Positions 37,530-47,114 of a stretch of DNA of 58,827 nucleotides are shown here, piece by piece (position 1 is the first letter of the stretch; every line of letters begins with the position of its first letter). Location: assembly GCA_937894085.1 (NCBI GenBank), contig CALCSG010000507.1, positions 1 to 58,827 of the forward strand, in the 5' to 3' direction. The position numbers and the translations under genes were made by a program. The stretch is from an uncultured Gammaproteobacteria bacterium (GTDB taxonomy: Bacteria > Pseudomonadota > Gammaproteobacteria > GCA-001735895). The notes under the pieces are model-generated. The model made no database searches. It was not told where the DNA came from and worked only from the letters and a program-made list of their open reading frames with translations.

Positions 37530-38498
37530 ATGAGTTTGCTGGAAGTAAAAGATCTCAGCGTCCGCTTTGATACCCTTGATGGCAGGGTAAATGCGGTGAA
37601 TGGGGTATCTTTTAATTTAGATGCCGGTGAAACACTCGGTATCGTTGGTGAATCCGGATCCGGTAAAACTCAGAGCGTTTTCGCATTGATGGGACTACTG
37701 GCTCGAAATGGTCATGCCAGTGGCAGTATCAAATATGATGGAGCTGAAATACTGAATTTATCAGAAGCTGAACTCAATAAAATCAGAGCAGAAAAAATCT
37801 CCATGATATTCCAGGATCCGATGACTTCTCTGAACCCTTATATGAGAGTTAGTAAGCAACTAACTGAAGTATTAATTCACCATAAAGGGTTGTCTCGAAA
37901 AGACGCACTAGCTGAATCTATTCACATGCTCGATGCTGTCAGAATTCCGCAGGCGGCTAAACGGGTTCATCTTTACCCGCATGAATTTTCAGGTGGAATG
38001 CGTCAACGTATCGTTATTGCCATGTCACTACTTTGCCGTCCAAAATTACTCATAGCAGATGAACCGACTACCGCACTGGATGTAACCGTGCAGGCACAGA
38101 TAATGGCCCTGTTATCCGATCTGCAAAAAGAATTTGGAACCGCTATTATTTTAATTACCCATGATTTAGGTGTGATAGCAGGATCCAGTGACAACATGCT
38201 CGTCATGTATGGGGGCAGAGTAATGGAATATGGAAATATCGAAGACATTTTTGCCCATCCAGCTCACCCTTATACCATGGGTCTGCTACATGCCATACCT
38301 CGAATCGATCATCAGGGTACAGAATTAGTGACCATTCCAGGTAACCCACCCAATATGCTTAGACTACCCAAAGGTTGCCCCTTCGAACCCAGGTGCTGTT
38401 ATGCAGTAAAAGACTGTAAATCCATCATGCCTGAATTAACCGCGCAACAGAATAATCGATCACGTGCCTGTCACTCTAGCGTGGAAAGCCTGTTATGA
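37530..38498 (+). CDS. oppD: Oligopeptide ABC ATPase OppD
   Basis: GESGSGKTQ, FSGGMRQR, ADEPTTALD, PKGCPFEPRC. Confidence 0.92.
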   Translation: MSLLEVKDLSVRFDTLDGRVNAVNGVSFNLDAGETLGIVGESGSGKTQSVFALMGLLARNGHASGSIKYDGAEILNLSEAELNKIRAEKISMIFQDPMTSLNPYMRVSKQLTEVLIHHKGLSRKDALAESIHMLDAVRIPQAAKRVHLYPHEFSGGMRQRIVIAMSLLCRPKLLIADEPTTALDVTVQAQIMALLSDLQKEFGTAIILITHDLGVIAGSSDNMLVMYGGRVMEYGNIEDIFAHPAHPYTMGLLHAIPRIDHQGTELVTIPGNPPNMLRLPKGCPFEPRCCYAVKDCKSIMPELTAQQNNRSRACHSSVESLL

Positions 38499-39490
38499 GT
38501 GAACACAGAAAACAGATATTGTCGGTTGAGAATCTCAGCGTTGAGTTCGATATTTTTGCAAAAGGTGCCATGCCCTGGACTAAGCCGGATAAATTGAAAG
38601 CCGTTGACGGGGTTAGTTTCGAATTATCCGAAGCAGAAACATTAGGAGTTGTCGGTGAATCTGGTTGTGGAAAATCCACTCTGGCACGTGCAATCATCCG
38701 CCTGCTGCCTGCTGCAACTGGCAAAATTGTATGGATGGGAGAGCAGGATGTATTAACAGCGAATGCCAGGTCTTTACATAAAATTCGCAGTAATATGCAG
38801 ATGATCTACCAGGATCCATTAGCTTCATTAAATCCGCGGATGACGATCGGTCAAATTATCGCGGAACCACTTACCACTCATTACCCTGAAACAACAAAAG
38901 CTGAAGTTAAGGCAAAAGTAAACGAAATGATCGAAAAAGTGGGGCTGCTATCGAACCAGGTTAATCGTTACCCACACGAATTTTCAGGAGGCCAATGCCA
39001 GCGTATAGGGATAGCCCGGGCATTAATCCTTAAACCGAAACTGATCATCTGTGATGAACCGGTATCCGCACTGGATGTTTCTGTTCAGGCACAGGTGATA
39101 AATTTGCTGATGGAATTACAGAAGGAAATGGGCATGTCGCTCATTTTTATTGCACATGATCTTAGCGTGGTGCGCCACATCAGTACCAGAATCATGGTGC
39201 TTTATTTAGGTAATGTCGTAGAGGTTTCGGTAGCTAACAATTTATACGTAAACCCGGGGCATCCTTATACCCAGGCATTAATTTCAGCCGTTCCAATTCC
39301 AGATCCTGCCGTGGAGAAGAACAAAAAAGTCATATTACTCGAAGGTGACTTACCCTCTCCGATGAACCCGCCTTCCGGTTGTGTATTTCGTACGCGCTGC
39401 CCTAAAGCACAGCAACTTTGTGCGATACAGAAGCCGGCTCTACTGGAATATACTTCCGACCATTTTGTGGCCTGTCATTTTGCCGGTTGA
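38495..39490 (+). CDS. oppF: Oligopeptide ABC ATPase OppF
   Basis: GESGCGKST, FSGGQCQR, CDEPVSALD, PPSGCVFRTRCP. Confidence 0.92.
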   Translation: MSEHRKQILSVENLSVEFDIFAKGAMPWTKPDKLKAVDGVSFELSEAETLGVVGESGCGKSTLARAIIRLLPAATGKIVWMGEQDVLTANARSLHKIRSNMQMIYQDPLASLNPRMTIGQIIAEPLTTHYPETTKAEVKAKVNEMIEKVGLLSNQVNRYPHEFSGGQCQRIGIARALILKPKLIICDEPVSALDVSVQAQVINLLMELQKEMGMSLIFIAHDLSVVRHISTRIMVLYLGNVVEVSVANNLYVNPGHPYTQALISAVPIPDPAVEKNKKVILLEGDLPSPMNPPSGCVFRTRCPKAQQLCAIQKPALLEYTSDHFVACHFAG

Positions 39491-39555
39491 TTAGTGAGAA
39501 TATGTATAGATTATAACTATTCAGCGAGCTCTATATTTGAACAATTATAAAATTT

Positions 39556-39688
39556 TTCACCACGAAGATCACGAAGTAAAACAAAAGACAATAAAAATTA
39601 ATTCGATAAATCAGTAGTCAGTAAAATTTTGAAAAACTTATGCACCTGAATGACTTGCCTTCGTGTTTTTCGTGCGCTTCGTGGTGAA
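39556..39688. repeat. ~130-bp element bounded by CACGAAG-unit inverted repeats
   Basis: Left TTCACCACGAAGATCACGAAG (39556-39576); the right end (39659-39688) reverse-complements to TTCACCACGAAGCGCACGAAAAACACGAAG. Confidence 0.65.
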
Positions 39689-39758
39689 TTTTTTTGACTT
39701 TTTTAATTACGCTGAATAAATACTATTGATTAAATATTTTTTCAAGAATTCCAAAACT

Positions 39759-39785
39759 AAAAAGCCGCATCGTAAAGATGCGGCT
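39759..39785 (-). terminator. Rho-independent terminator of the ccm operon
   Basis: Minus strand AGCCGCATC-TTTAC-GATGCGGCT followed by TTTT, 36 nt downstream of the ccmI stop. Confidence 0.75.
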
Positions 39786-39821
39786 CAAAGTCTTCAACTT
39801 TTTCTATTTCTTACCTATTAA

Positions 39822-41123
39822 TTACTTCACCTGATAGATATTAATTTCTACCGTATCATTGATGGAGCTTCTATTGATCGCACCGGTTTCATCATATAAG
39901 TCTCCGGGTTTTGATACCGGATCTCCTGTTTTTGATACTCTGGCACCAATTTTTATCTGCTCAAAATTACTTAATTTCATTTGAGCCATCACGGCATCAC
40001 TGTCTGAAAGCGTTAATTTTGCCGGTAAATCGGATACTTTTAACCTTTTTGCTGCGAGTGGCATTGGAGGACCCGAAGCCGCTTTCGCGTATACAAAAAC
40101 CAGGTCATTCGGATTCGCCTGTGAAGCAACACTTTGATCAAGGGTCACTAATAAGGAAATACTTGCAGCACCGGCAGGTGCATTTGCTGGTTTAGTAGTC
40201 GTTCCACCAATTGACGCACTGGCGATGGTTGGCATTGTTTCCTCAAAGGCTAACTCAGGCAAATCCGGCTGTCTTTCTTTCAGTGTTGCCAGCATAGATT
40301 TTAACTCGGCAGATGACTCAGGATCATCCTTTAACATCGGTAAAAGCCTTACAAAATAATCAAAGGAATCACGCAGCCTGCCAGCTTGCTCAGCAGCAAG
40401 CCCGGCTAACCACAAACCGGTTAACTCATTCGGTGATATTTCAAGTGCCTCTAGCACCAGCTTTTCCGGCTCACCGGTCATCACACCATCATTAGTCATG
40501 GCAAGAGCATCTGCCAACGCCAGCATCACACTGGGTTCCTGTTTATTGAGGTCATAACTACGTTGCAGAGCCGTCACCGCTTCCGTAAATTTTTGCACAG
40601 TCATTAAGGAACGACCGAGCATAAACCAGCCCCTGGCATCATCTGGATTATCGCGCAGATGATCTTTAACTTTTTGAATCATTTCCTCCATGGTCGGTGC
40701 CTTACCTGACGCTGACGGCATCGCCTGTGCAGATTGTGAACGTGGCAGGGCAAGAGAAGGATTATCAATGACTCTGAATTCACCAAATTGCATATACATA
40801 AAAATACTCAGCGCAGGAACCAGTACGATAAAAATCCAAACTGCCCACTTTCCTGACTCAAGATTACTGCCTAGTGCCTGCTGCCTTTCCAGGTCTAACG
40901 CCAACGAAGCTTCTAAATCGGCAAATGCTGATTCATATTCCTGCTGAGTCATCTGTCCATCTTTCAGTTGAGTTTCCAGCAACACTTTTTTCTCTTTTGC
41001 GATGACTATATTTTGCTGTTCACGTCCTAATGAATCTTTTGTAGAAGGTTTGCGTAAGACAGGTATGACCAAAACAGCCAGTGACAGGACAATCAATAAA
41101 ACAACCAGAGCACCAAAAATCAT
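39822..41123 (-). CDS. ccmI: Cytochrome c biogenesis protein CcmI/CycH
   Basis: TM, QQNIVI..E...LE, TPR (DNPDDARGWFMLGRS), C-terminal VFVYAKAASGPPMPLAAKR domain. Confidence 0.9.
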   Translation of the reverse strand: MIFGALVVLLIVLSLAVLVIPVLRKPSTKDSLGREQQNIVIAKEKKVLLETQLKDGQMTQQEYESAFADLEASLALDLERQQALGSNLESGKWAVWIFIVLVPALSIFMYMQFGEFRVIDNPSLALPRSQSAQAMPSASGKAPTMEEMIQKVKDHLRDNPDDARGWFMLGRSLMTVQKFTEAVTALQRSYDLNKQEPSVMLALADALAMTNDGVMTGEPEKLVLEALEISPNELTGLWLAGLAAEQAGRLRDSFDYFVRLLPMLKDDPESSAELKSMLATLKERQPDLPELAFEETMPTIASASIGGTTTKPANAPAGAASISLLVTLDQSVASQANPNDLVFVYAKAASGPPMPLAAKRLKVSDLPAKLTLSDSDAVMAQMKLSNFEQIKIGARVSKTGDPVSKPGDLYDETGAINRSSINDTVEINIYQVK

Positions 41124-41608
41124 TTTGTAACTCCCTTTTTATTAAGGCCATTAATTTGCTGAACATCATCCGCCAGTAAGTTTTTAGCCTGATCCAGGTT
41201 TTCCTGTTGCGGCGCTTCGACCGAACGTGTTTTTTTAATTCTTAACATAACCACAATTAAAACAATAAATAAAAGAGCAAAAGGCCCCGCCCATAACAAC
41301 ATAGTGCTGGATTTAACCGGGGGTCTGTACAGCACGAAATCGCCATATCGAGTAACCATGTAATCGACAACTTCAGCCCTGGTTTTTCCTTGCGTCAACA
41401 TGTCATAGGTCTGTTGACGTAAATCCTGGGCCAGATCGGCATCGGAACCTGCCAGGTTCTGGTTTTGACATACCAGGCAGCGTAACTCATCAAGCAGATC
41501 CTTGTACTCAGCTTCAATCGCTGGATCTTTAAACTCATAAATTTGAATTGAAGCCTGTACCGGAGCAATCAAAGAGAACACTAAAAATAAACTAACTAGA
41601 AATTTCAT
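41120..41608 (-). CDS. ccmH: CcmH
   Basis: LRCLVCQNQ, RYGDFVLYRPP. Confidence 0.95.
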   Translation of the reverse strand: MKFLVSLFLVFSLIAPVQASIQIYEFKDPAIEAEYKDLLDELRCLVCQNQNLAGSDADLAQDLRQQTYDMLTQGKTRAEVVDYMVTRYGDFVLYRPPVKSSTMLLWAGPFALLFIVLIVVMLRIKKTRSVEAPQQENLDQAKNLLADDVQQINGLNKKGVTK

Positions 41609-41628
41609 GATAAATAAACGGGGATTTT

Positions 41629-42147
41629 TTATATTAGAGTTTTAAGTAACGGAATGATTTCTTCATCCAGTGCCTTATCATCAACCGGGCCAATATGTTT
41701 GTGCTTGATTAAACCATCTTTACCGATGATAAAAGTTTCAGGCACGCCATATACACCCCAGTCTATTCCGGCTGAGCCTTCGATATCGACAGCACTGAGC
41801 ACATAAGGATTCCCAAACTGTTGTAACCAGCGTCTTCCATCCGCTGGTTCATCTTTATAATTAAGACCTACAATATCCACCAGTTTCATTTTCGCTAATC
41901 GTGAGATAACTTTATGCTCTGCACGACAGGAAACACACCAGGATGCCCACACGCTTAACACCCAAACCTTTCCTTTAAAATCATCCGGGGAAAAACTGCC
42001 CGATTGATTGTGTAACTGAGGCAAATCAAAAGCCGGGGCTGATTTACCAATTAAAGGTGAAGGCACTCTTTTGGGATCCATAGTCAGGCCCAGACCAAGC
42101 AAAATGACCAGGATAGCAAAGATACCAAGTGGTAATATAAAACGCAT
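41629..42147 (-). CDS. ccmG: CcmG/DsbE thiol-disulfide oxidoreductase
   Basis: WASWCVSC, GLNYKD, GVYGVPETF. Confidence 0.95.
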   Translation of the reverse strand: MRFILPLGIFAILVILLGLGLTMDPKRVPSPLIGKSAPAFDLPQLHNQSGSFSPDDFKGKVWVLSVWASWCVSCRAEHKVISRLAKMKLVDIVGLNYKDEPADGRRWLQQFGNPYVLSAVDIEGSAGIDWGVYGVPETFIIGKDGLIKHKHIGPVDDKALDEEIIPLLKTLI

Positions 42148-44117
42148 CAGGCAGCACTCCCCACCACATTGTTACTTGCTTCATATTCCCGCTTTGCCAT
42201 TTGACGGTAACGTTTATCGGTGCCTGCCAGCAGACCACCGAATCCCATGATTAAAGCAGAGATCCAGATCCATCCAATAAATGGTTTGTGATAAATACGA
42301 ATTGCCCAACTACCATCATTACCTACTGGTTCACCCAGTGCGATAAATAAATCACGGGTAAATCCCTCATCTATCGCAGCTTCAGTCATCGGCATAGTCT
42401 GCACCAGGTATACCCTTTTTTCAGGATTCATTACGACCCGAAAACCATCTTCATTGGTGACCAGAAAATCACCACGGGATGTATTATAATTAGCTACCCG
42501 AGTATTTCTGACACCATTAAATTGAAAAGTGTAACCTGCCATTTCAAAAGTATCTCCAGGTGCCATACGCAAATCTTTTTCCTCATCATACAGACTGACA
42601 AATGTCATCCCGATAATGAAAAAAGCAATACCTATATGCCCCATAATCATACCGTAAAAACCGCGCGGAGTTGATCTAAGCGTAGAGGTGATAGAGCGTC
42701 CTTTAAAGCGTTCATGTAACGCTAGCACAACCGTACTCGCTATCCATAATGACATCATCATGCCCGCCAGTGCCTTCCAGTTCCATTCTGGTAAAAGTAA
42801 ACTCAATAGAAGGGCAATTATCACGGAAATAATTAATGGTATTTTCAACTTTGACAGCACACGGGCAGAGTTATCACTCTTCCAGCGAATGATCATGCCA
42901 ACACCAATCAGCACACCAATTGGTGCGGTCAGGCTAAGAAATACAATATTAAAATAAGGAGGTCCTACTGAAATTTTTCCACCCATAGCATCCACAAAAA
43001 TGGGATAAACCGTTCCCAGTAAAATCGCGGCAGCTGCCACTGTTAGAAAAATATTATTCAGCAGTAGAGCCATATCACGTGACATTAAATTGGTGACTGC
43101 TGCGCTCTTTAGAGTAGGTGCACGCCATGCATACAGAACCAGTGATGCGCCGACCACGATACATAGAAAAATCAAAATAAAGACACCACGCTCAGGGTCA
43201 CTGGCGAATGCGTGTACAGACGTTAATACACCGGAACGAACAAGAAAAGTTCCTAACAGGCTTAATGAAAAAGCAAAGATTGCCAGTAATGCTGTCCAGG
43301 CCTTGAAAGTACCTCTTTTTTCCGTAATCGCTAATGAATGCATCAAAGCGGTACCCACCAGCCATGGCATAAAAGAAGCATTTTCGACAGGGTCCCAGAA
43401 CCACCAGCCGCCCCAGCCAAGTTCGTAATAAGCCCACCAGCTACCTAAAGCTATACCAACTGTTAAAAACATCCATGCAAAGTTCGTCCACGGACGCGCC
43501 CAGCGGGCCCAGGCTGAATCAACCTGCCCTGACAGAAGTGCAGCGATGGCAAAAGCAAAAGCTACAGAAAAACCGACATAGCCCAGGTACAGCATCGGTG
43601 GATGAATGGCTAAACCGGGATCCTGTAACAAGGGGTTCAAATCACGTCCTTCCATAGCAGCAGGAAAAAGCCGGTCAAACGGGTTAGAGGTCACCAGGAT
43701 AAACAGAATAAATCCTACACTGACAAACCCCATTACGCCGATTACTCGCGCTAACATAACCTTTGGCACACTGCGACTAAACAGTGCAACAGCGCCAGTC
43801 CATCCGGATAAAATGAGTGCCCATAACAACAGGGAACCTTCATGTGCACCCCATACACCCGAAATCAGGTACATCATGGGTAATTTTGAGTTGGAATTAC
43901 TGGCTGCGTACAGCACTGAATAATCATGATTAATAAAAACCATTGTCAGGCAGACATAAGATAACAGCACAAATCCAAATTGTGCAAAAGCGGTTGGACG
44001 CGCTAAGGCAACCCAGCGGGAATAACCGAAATGAGCCCCGACAAGGGTAAAAACTGTCTGGGCCAGAGAAATGATTAACGCTAAAATCAGCGCAAAATGT
44101 CCTAGTTCAGGAATCAT
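42147..44117 (-). CDS. ccmF: Heme lyase CcmF
   Basis: MIPELG, WGAHEGS, HPPMLY.GY, WGGWWFWDPVEN, LVRSGVLTSVHAFA. Confidence 0.97.
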   Translation of the reverse strand: MIPELGHFALILALIISLAQTVFTLVGAHFGYSRWVALARPTAFAQFGFVLLSYVCLTMVFINHDYSVLYAASNSNSKLPMMYLISGVWGAHEGSLLLWALILSGWTGAVALFSRSVPKVMLARVIGVMGFVSVGFILFILVTSNPFDRLFPAAMEGRDLNPLLQDPGLAIHPPMLYLGYVGFSVAFAFAIAALLSGQVDSAWARWARPWTNFAWMFLTVGIALGSWWAYYELGWGGWWFWDPVENASFMPWLVGTALMHSLAITEKRGTFKAWTALLAIFAFSLSLLGTFLVRSGVLTSVHAFASDPERGVFILIFLCIVVGASLVLYAWRAPTLKSAAVTNLMSRDMALLLNNIFLTVAAAAILLGTVYPIFVDAMGGKISVGPPYFNIVFLSLTAPIGVLIGVGMIIRWKSDNSARVLSKLKIPLIISVIIALLLSLLLPEWNWKALAGMMMSLWIASTVVLALHERFKGRSITSTLRSTPRGFYGMIMGHIGIAFFIIGMTFVSLYDEEKDLRMAPGDTFEMAGYTFQFNGVRNTRVANYNTSRGDFLVTNEDGFRVVMNPEKRVYLVQTMPMTEAAIDEGFTRDLFIALGEPVGNDGSWAIRIYHKPFIGWIWISALIMGFGGLLAGTDKRYRQMAKREYEASNNVVGSAA

Positions 44118-44231
44118 ACGAATACCTCGGTATACTCAAATACCATCATTTTTAATTTTTAGGTTAGAATTGAAATTTAGTCAATATCATGAGTTACCTT
44201 CGAAATATATCTCGAGATAAACACATTCCTA

Positions 44232-44687
44232 TTAAATACCTTTACTCATGCCCGGCATCTTTTGACCGGATTTTTTCATTGCATCCATAACTTCCGGAGG
44301 CATGTAATTTTCATCATGCTTGGCTAATACTTCCGACGCGATAAATTCACCACTGGCATTCAAACGACCATTGGCAATAATACCCTGCCCTTCACGGAAC
44401 AGGTCAGGCAGTATTCCTGTGTATTTAACTTTCACTATGGAATCATTATCTGTCAGGTCAAATTCAACCGTCAGACCTTCGCCCGGACGGGCCACGGTAC
44501 CTTCTACAACAAGACCACCAACTCGAAAATCCTTGTTCTCCGGCGCTTTACCAGCCTGTATATCAGCTGGTGAAAAGAAAAACATAATGTTTTCATTGAG
44601 TGCCTTGAGGGCAAAACCCACACCCACTGAGACACCTACAACCATTAATATAATCAGCGAAAGTCTTTTTTTACGTGCGGGAGTCAT
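44232..44687 (-). CDS. ccmE: Heme chaperone CcmE
   Basis: RVGGLV, YTGILPDLFREGQG, VLAKHDENYMP. Confidence 0.97.
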   Translation of the reverse strand: MTPARKKRLSLIILMVVGVSVGVGFALKALNENIMFFFSPADIQAGKAPENKDFRVGGLVVEGTVARPGEGLTVEFDLTDNDSIVKVKYTGILPDLFREGQGIIANGRLNASGEFIASEVLAKHDENYMPPEVMDAMKKSGQKMPGMSKGI

Positions 44688-44868
44688 TATTTCTAGTTTC
44701 CTGCCGGGATTGGCCCGACTTAAATTGACGATTTAATTTTTTTAAATTTTGCTTGTGCTCTTGATAAGGTAAAAACCAGTTCAATAGCAAAACTACAAAA
44801 GCAAGCCCGTAAGATGTCCATACAAAAACGGCATACCCACCCATGTTAAAGAATTCAGACATGCTCAT
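44671..44868 (-). CDS. ccmD: Heme exporter protein CcmD
   Basis: FFNMGGYAVFVWTSYG, single TM with basic tail; lies between ccmC and ccmE. Confidence 0.92.
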   Translation of the reverse strand: MSMSEFFNMGGYAVFVWTSYGLAFVVLLLNWFLPYQEHKQNLKKLNRQFKSGQSRQETRNNDSRT

Positions 44869-45614
44869 GACTTTACAAGTTCCTCAACCCAACGGGTATT
44901 TCTTTCTCGATGTAATAATTCAGCTCTTACACGCTGAAATAATGAAATCACAAAATAAACCTTGAATGCCAGAGCCATCACTAACAGTGGCCATAACATG
45001 CTCCATGCAATGGACGGTTTATCAAATTTGGTCACAGTCGCACCCTGGTGCAGACTGTTCCACCATTCTACTGAATAATGAATGATCGGGATGTTTACCA
45101 TGCCGACAATGGCCAGAATGGCAACCGCACGTGCGGCAACCCGTTTGTCGTCAATAGCACCATATAGCCCTATTACACCCAGATATAAAAATAACAGAAT
45201 CAATTCAGAGGTTAACCTTGCGTCCCACACCCAGTAGGTACCCCACATAGGTTTACCCCATAAAGAACCTGTTATCAGTGCAAGAAATGTAAAACTGGCG
45301 CCAATTGGAGCCGCACAACTCAGCACAACCTCGGCCAGTTTCATACGCCAAACCAGAACAACGATGCCGCAGGTAGCCATAACCATGTAAATAAACATCG
45401 ACATCCAGGCTGCAGGCACATGTACAAAGATAATACGGTAACTTTCACCTTGCTGATAATCGGTAGGTGCTAAAACCAGCCCGCCATATAATCCACCAAT
45501 CAACAATATGGTAAATAACCCGGTTAACCAGGGTAACCATAAACCGGCCAGTCGATAGAAATAAGGTGGAGACCCGAAACGATGAAACCACTTAACAAAC
45601 CATTTGAACATCAA
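44865..45614 (-). CDS. ccmC: Heme exporter protein CcmC
   Basis: IIFVHVPAAW, WGKPMWGTYWVWDARLTSELI, SVEWWNSLHQ. Confidence 0.97.
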   Translation of the reverse strand: MMFKWFVKWFHRFGSPPYFYRLAGLWLPWLTGLFTILLIGGLYGGLVLAPTDYQQGESYRIIFVHVPAAWMSMFIYMVMATCGIVVLVWRMKLAEVVLSCAAPIGASFTFLALITGSLWGKPMWGTYWVWDARLTSELILLFLYLGVIGLYGAIDDKRVAARAVAILAIVGMVNIPIIHYSVEWWNSLHQGATVTKFDKPSIAWSMLWPLLVMALAFKVYFVISLFQRVRAELLHRERNTRWVEELVKS

Positions 45615-45633
45615 AGATACCTATTTAGATAAT

Positions 45634-46326
45634 CTAGCTCATACTCATTTTGAGTGCTGCGGCAGTTGCCACAGGCGATAATGAGAGAGATAAAAATAAA
45701 AATGCCATCATCATTGAAAGTTGAGCTGAAACGGATAATCCGCCGGCAGCCGCATCAATCGCACTGGCTGAAAATATCAATACCGGTACATACAAAGGCA
45801 AAACTAAAAGAGACAATATAATACCACCTTTTCTCAACCCAATGGTTAAAGCTACACCAATTGAACCGATTAAACTTAACACCGGAGTACCTAATAAAAT
45901 GGTCAATAATAAAATACCATAAGCATCCTCATCCAGCCCCAGCATCATAGCTAGTAGTGGTGCCACTAATAATAACGGCAACCCTGTGACCAGCCAATGC
46001 GCTGTAACCTTGGCCAGCACCAGCACCGGTACCGGGTGTGCACTCAAGAGCATTTGTTCCAGAGTGCCATCTTCAAAATCTGAACGAAAGATAGCATCCA
46101 GAGACAACATCGAAGCCAATAATGCGGCTACCCAGATAATACCAGGCGCAATACGTGCCAGTAAATTAGGCTCTGCACCCACCGCTAACGGAAATAATGT
46201 TATAACCAGTACAAAAAATAATAAAGGATTGGCCAGTTCAGAGCGATTACGCAACGCCAGCAATAAATCCCTTCGTAATAAAAACCAGAAAGCCTGAGAA
46301 AGAGATAATCGTTTCATCCAGAACAC
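45634..46326 (-). CDS. ccmB: Heme exporter protein CcmB
   Basis: LFPLAVG, IIWVAALL, FRSDFEDGTLEQ, LLVLPLYVPVLIF. Confidence 0.95.
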   Translation of the reverse strand: MFWMKRLSLSQAFWFLLRRDLLLALRNRSELANPLLFFVLVITLFPLAVGAEPNLLARIAPGIIWVAALLASMLSLDAIFRSDFEDGTLEQMLLSAHPVPVLVLAKVTAHWLVTGLPLLLVAPLLAMMLGLDEDAYGILLLTILLGTPVLSLIGSIGVALTIGLRKGGIILSLLVLPLYVPVLIFSASAIDAAAGGLSVSAQLSMMMAFLFLSLSLSPVATAAALKMSMS

Positions 46327-46384
46327 CCGGTATTTATTTGGGAATTATATCCCGTTTTTTTAAATAAAGTAATAGGACTATTCA

Positions 46385-47005
46385 TCATTCAGATAAGTTC
46401 AATCTCACGACATCAGAATTTTTCATTTCAATGTCATGGTGAGACGTCATGACAATCACTCCCCCGTTTGCGAGGTGTTTTTCAAACATCTCCTGAAACA
46501 TCGCCATACTGGCTTTATCCAGTGAAGTAAAAGGCTCGTCCATAATCCACAGCTTAGCTTCGGTGACTACCAGGCGCGCCAGAGCCAGACGTCTTTTTTG
46601 CCCGGCAGACAGTGTTGCTACAAAATTATCGCCGAATCGATACAGGTTCACTTTATCCAGTGCATCATCAAGGTCGATCGGCATCGGCTTTCCCATCGCC
46701 TGAACCAGACGAAGATTTTCCAGACAGGTTAAATCGCGCTTAATACCATCATGATGTCCGACATAATTAACCTGCTCATAATATTCAGGACCGACTTCGC
46801 TGATTGGCTGCCCCTGCCATAACACTTCACCGCTCTCTGGCAAATTTAAACCGGTCAAAATCCTTAACAGACTCGTTTTACCACTGCCATTTTTACCTTC
46901 AACCAGTAAAATTTGCCCCTCAGACAAAGACAGATTTAAATTTTCAAACAACACACGATCATCTTTAACGCAGGTAAGATCACTTGTTTGTAAAAGGGCT
47001 GACAT
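46385..47005 (-). CDS. ccmA: Heme exporter ATPase CcmA
   Basis: GKNGSGKTS, LSAGQKRRLALARL, WIMDEPF. Confidence 0.95.
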   Translation of the reverse strand: MSALLQTSDLTCVKDDRVLFENLNLSLSEGQILLVEGKNGSGKTSLLRILTGLNLPESGEVLWQGQPISEVGPEYYEQVNYVGHHDGIKRDLTCLENLRLVQAMGKPMPIDLDDALDKVNLYRFGDNFVATLSAGQKRRLALARLVVTEAKLWIMDEPFTSLDKASMAMFQEMFEKHLANGGVIVMTSHHDIEMKNSDVVRLNLSE

Positions 47006-47114
47006 GTTTTATGATTTGGCGTAATAAAAAAAGACAACGAAGGCTAGCTAAAAATATCAATGAGCGCAATGAAACTTATCAATCAAAGCCAATTTTTCAC
47101 CAACTAATCGAAAA

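Noticed and set aside
47069-47082. Possible FNR box ATGAA-ACTT-ATCAA upstream of ccmA
   Set aside because: Only 8/10, with both mismatches in one half-site and a weak -10 (TAGCCT). Plausible, but not distinguishable from chance in AT-rich DNA.
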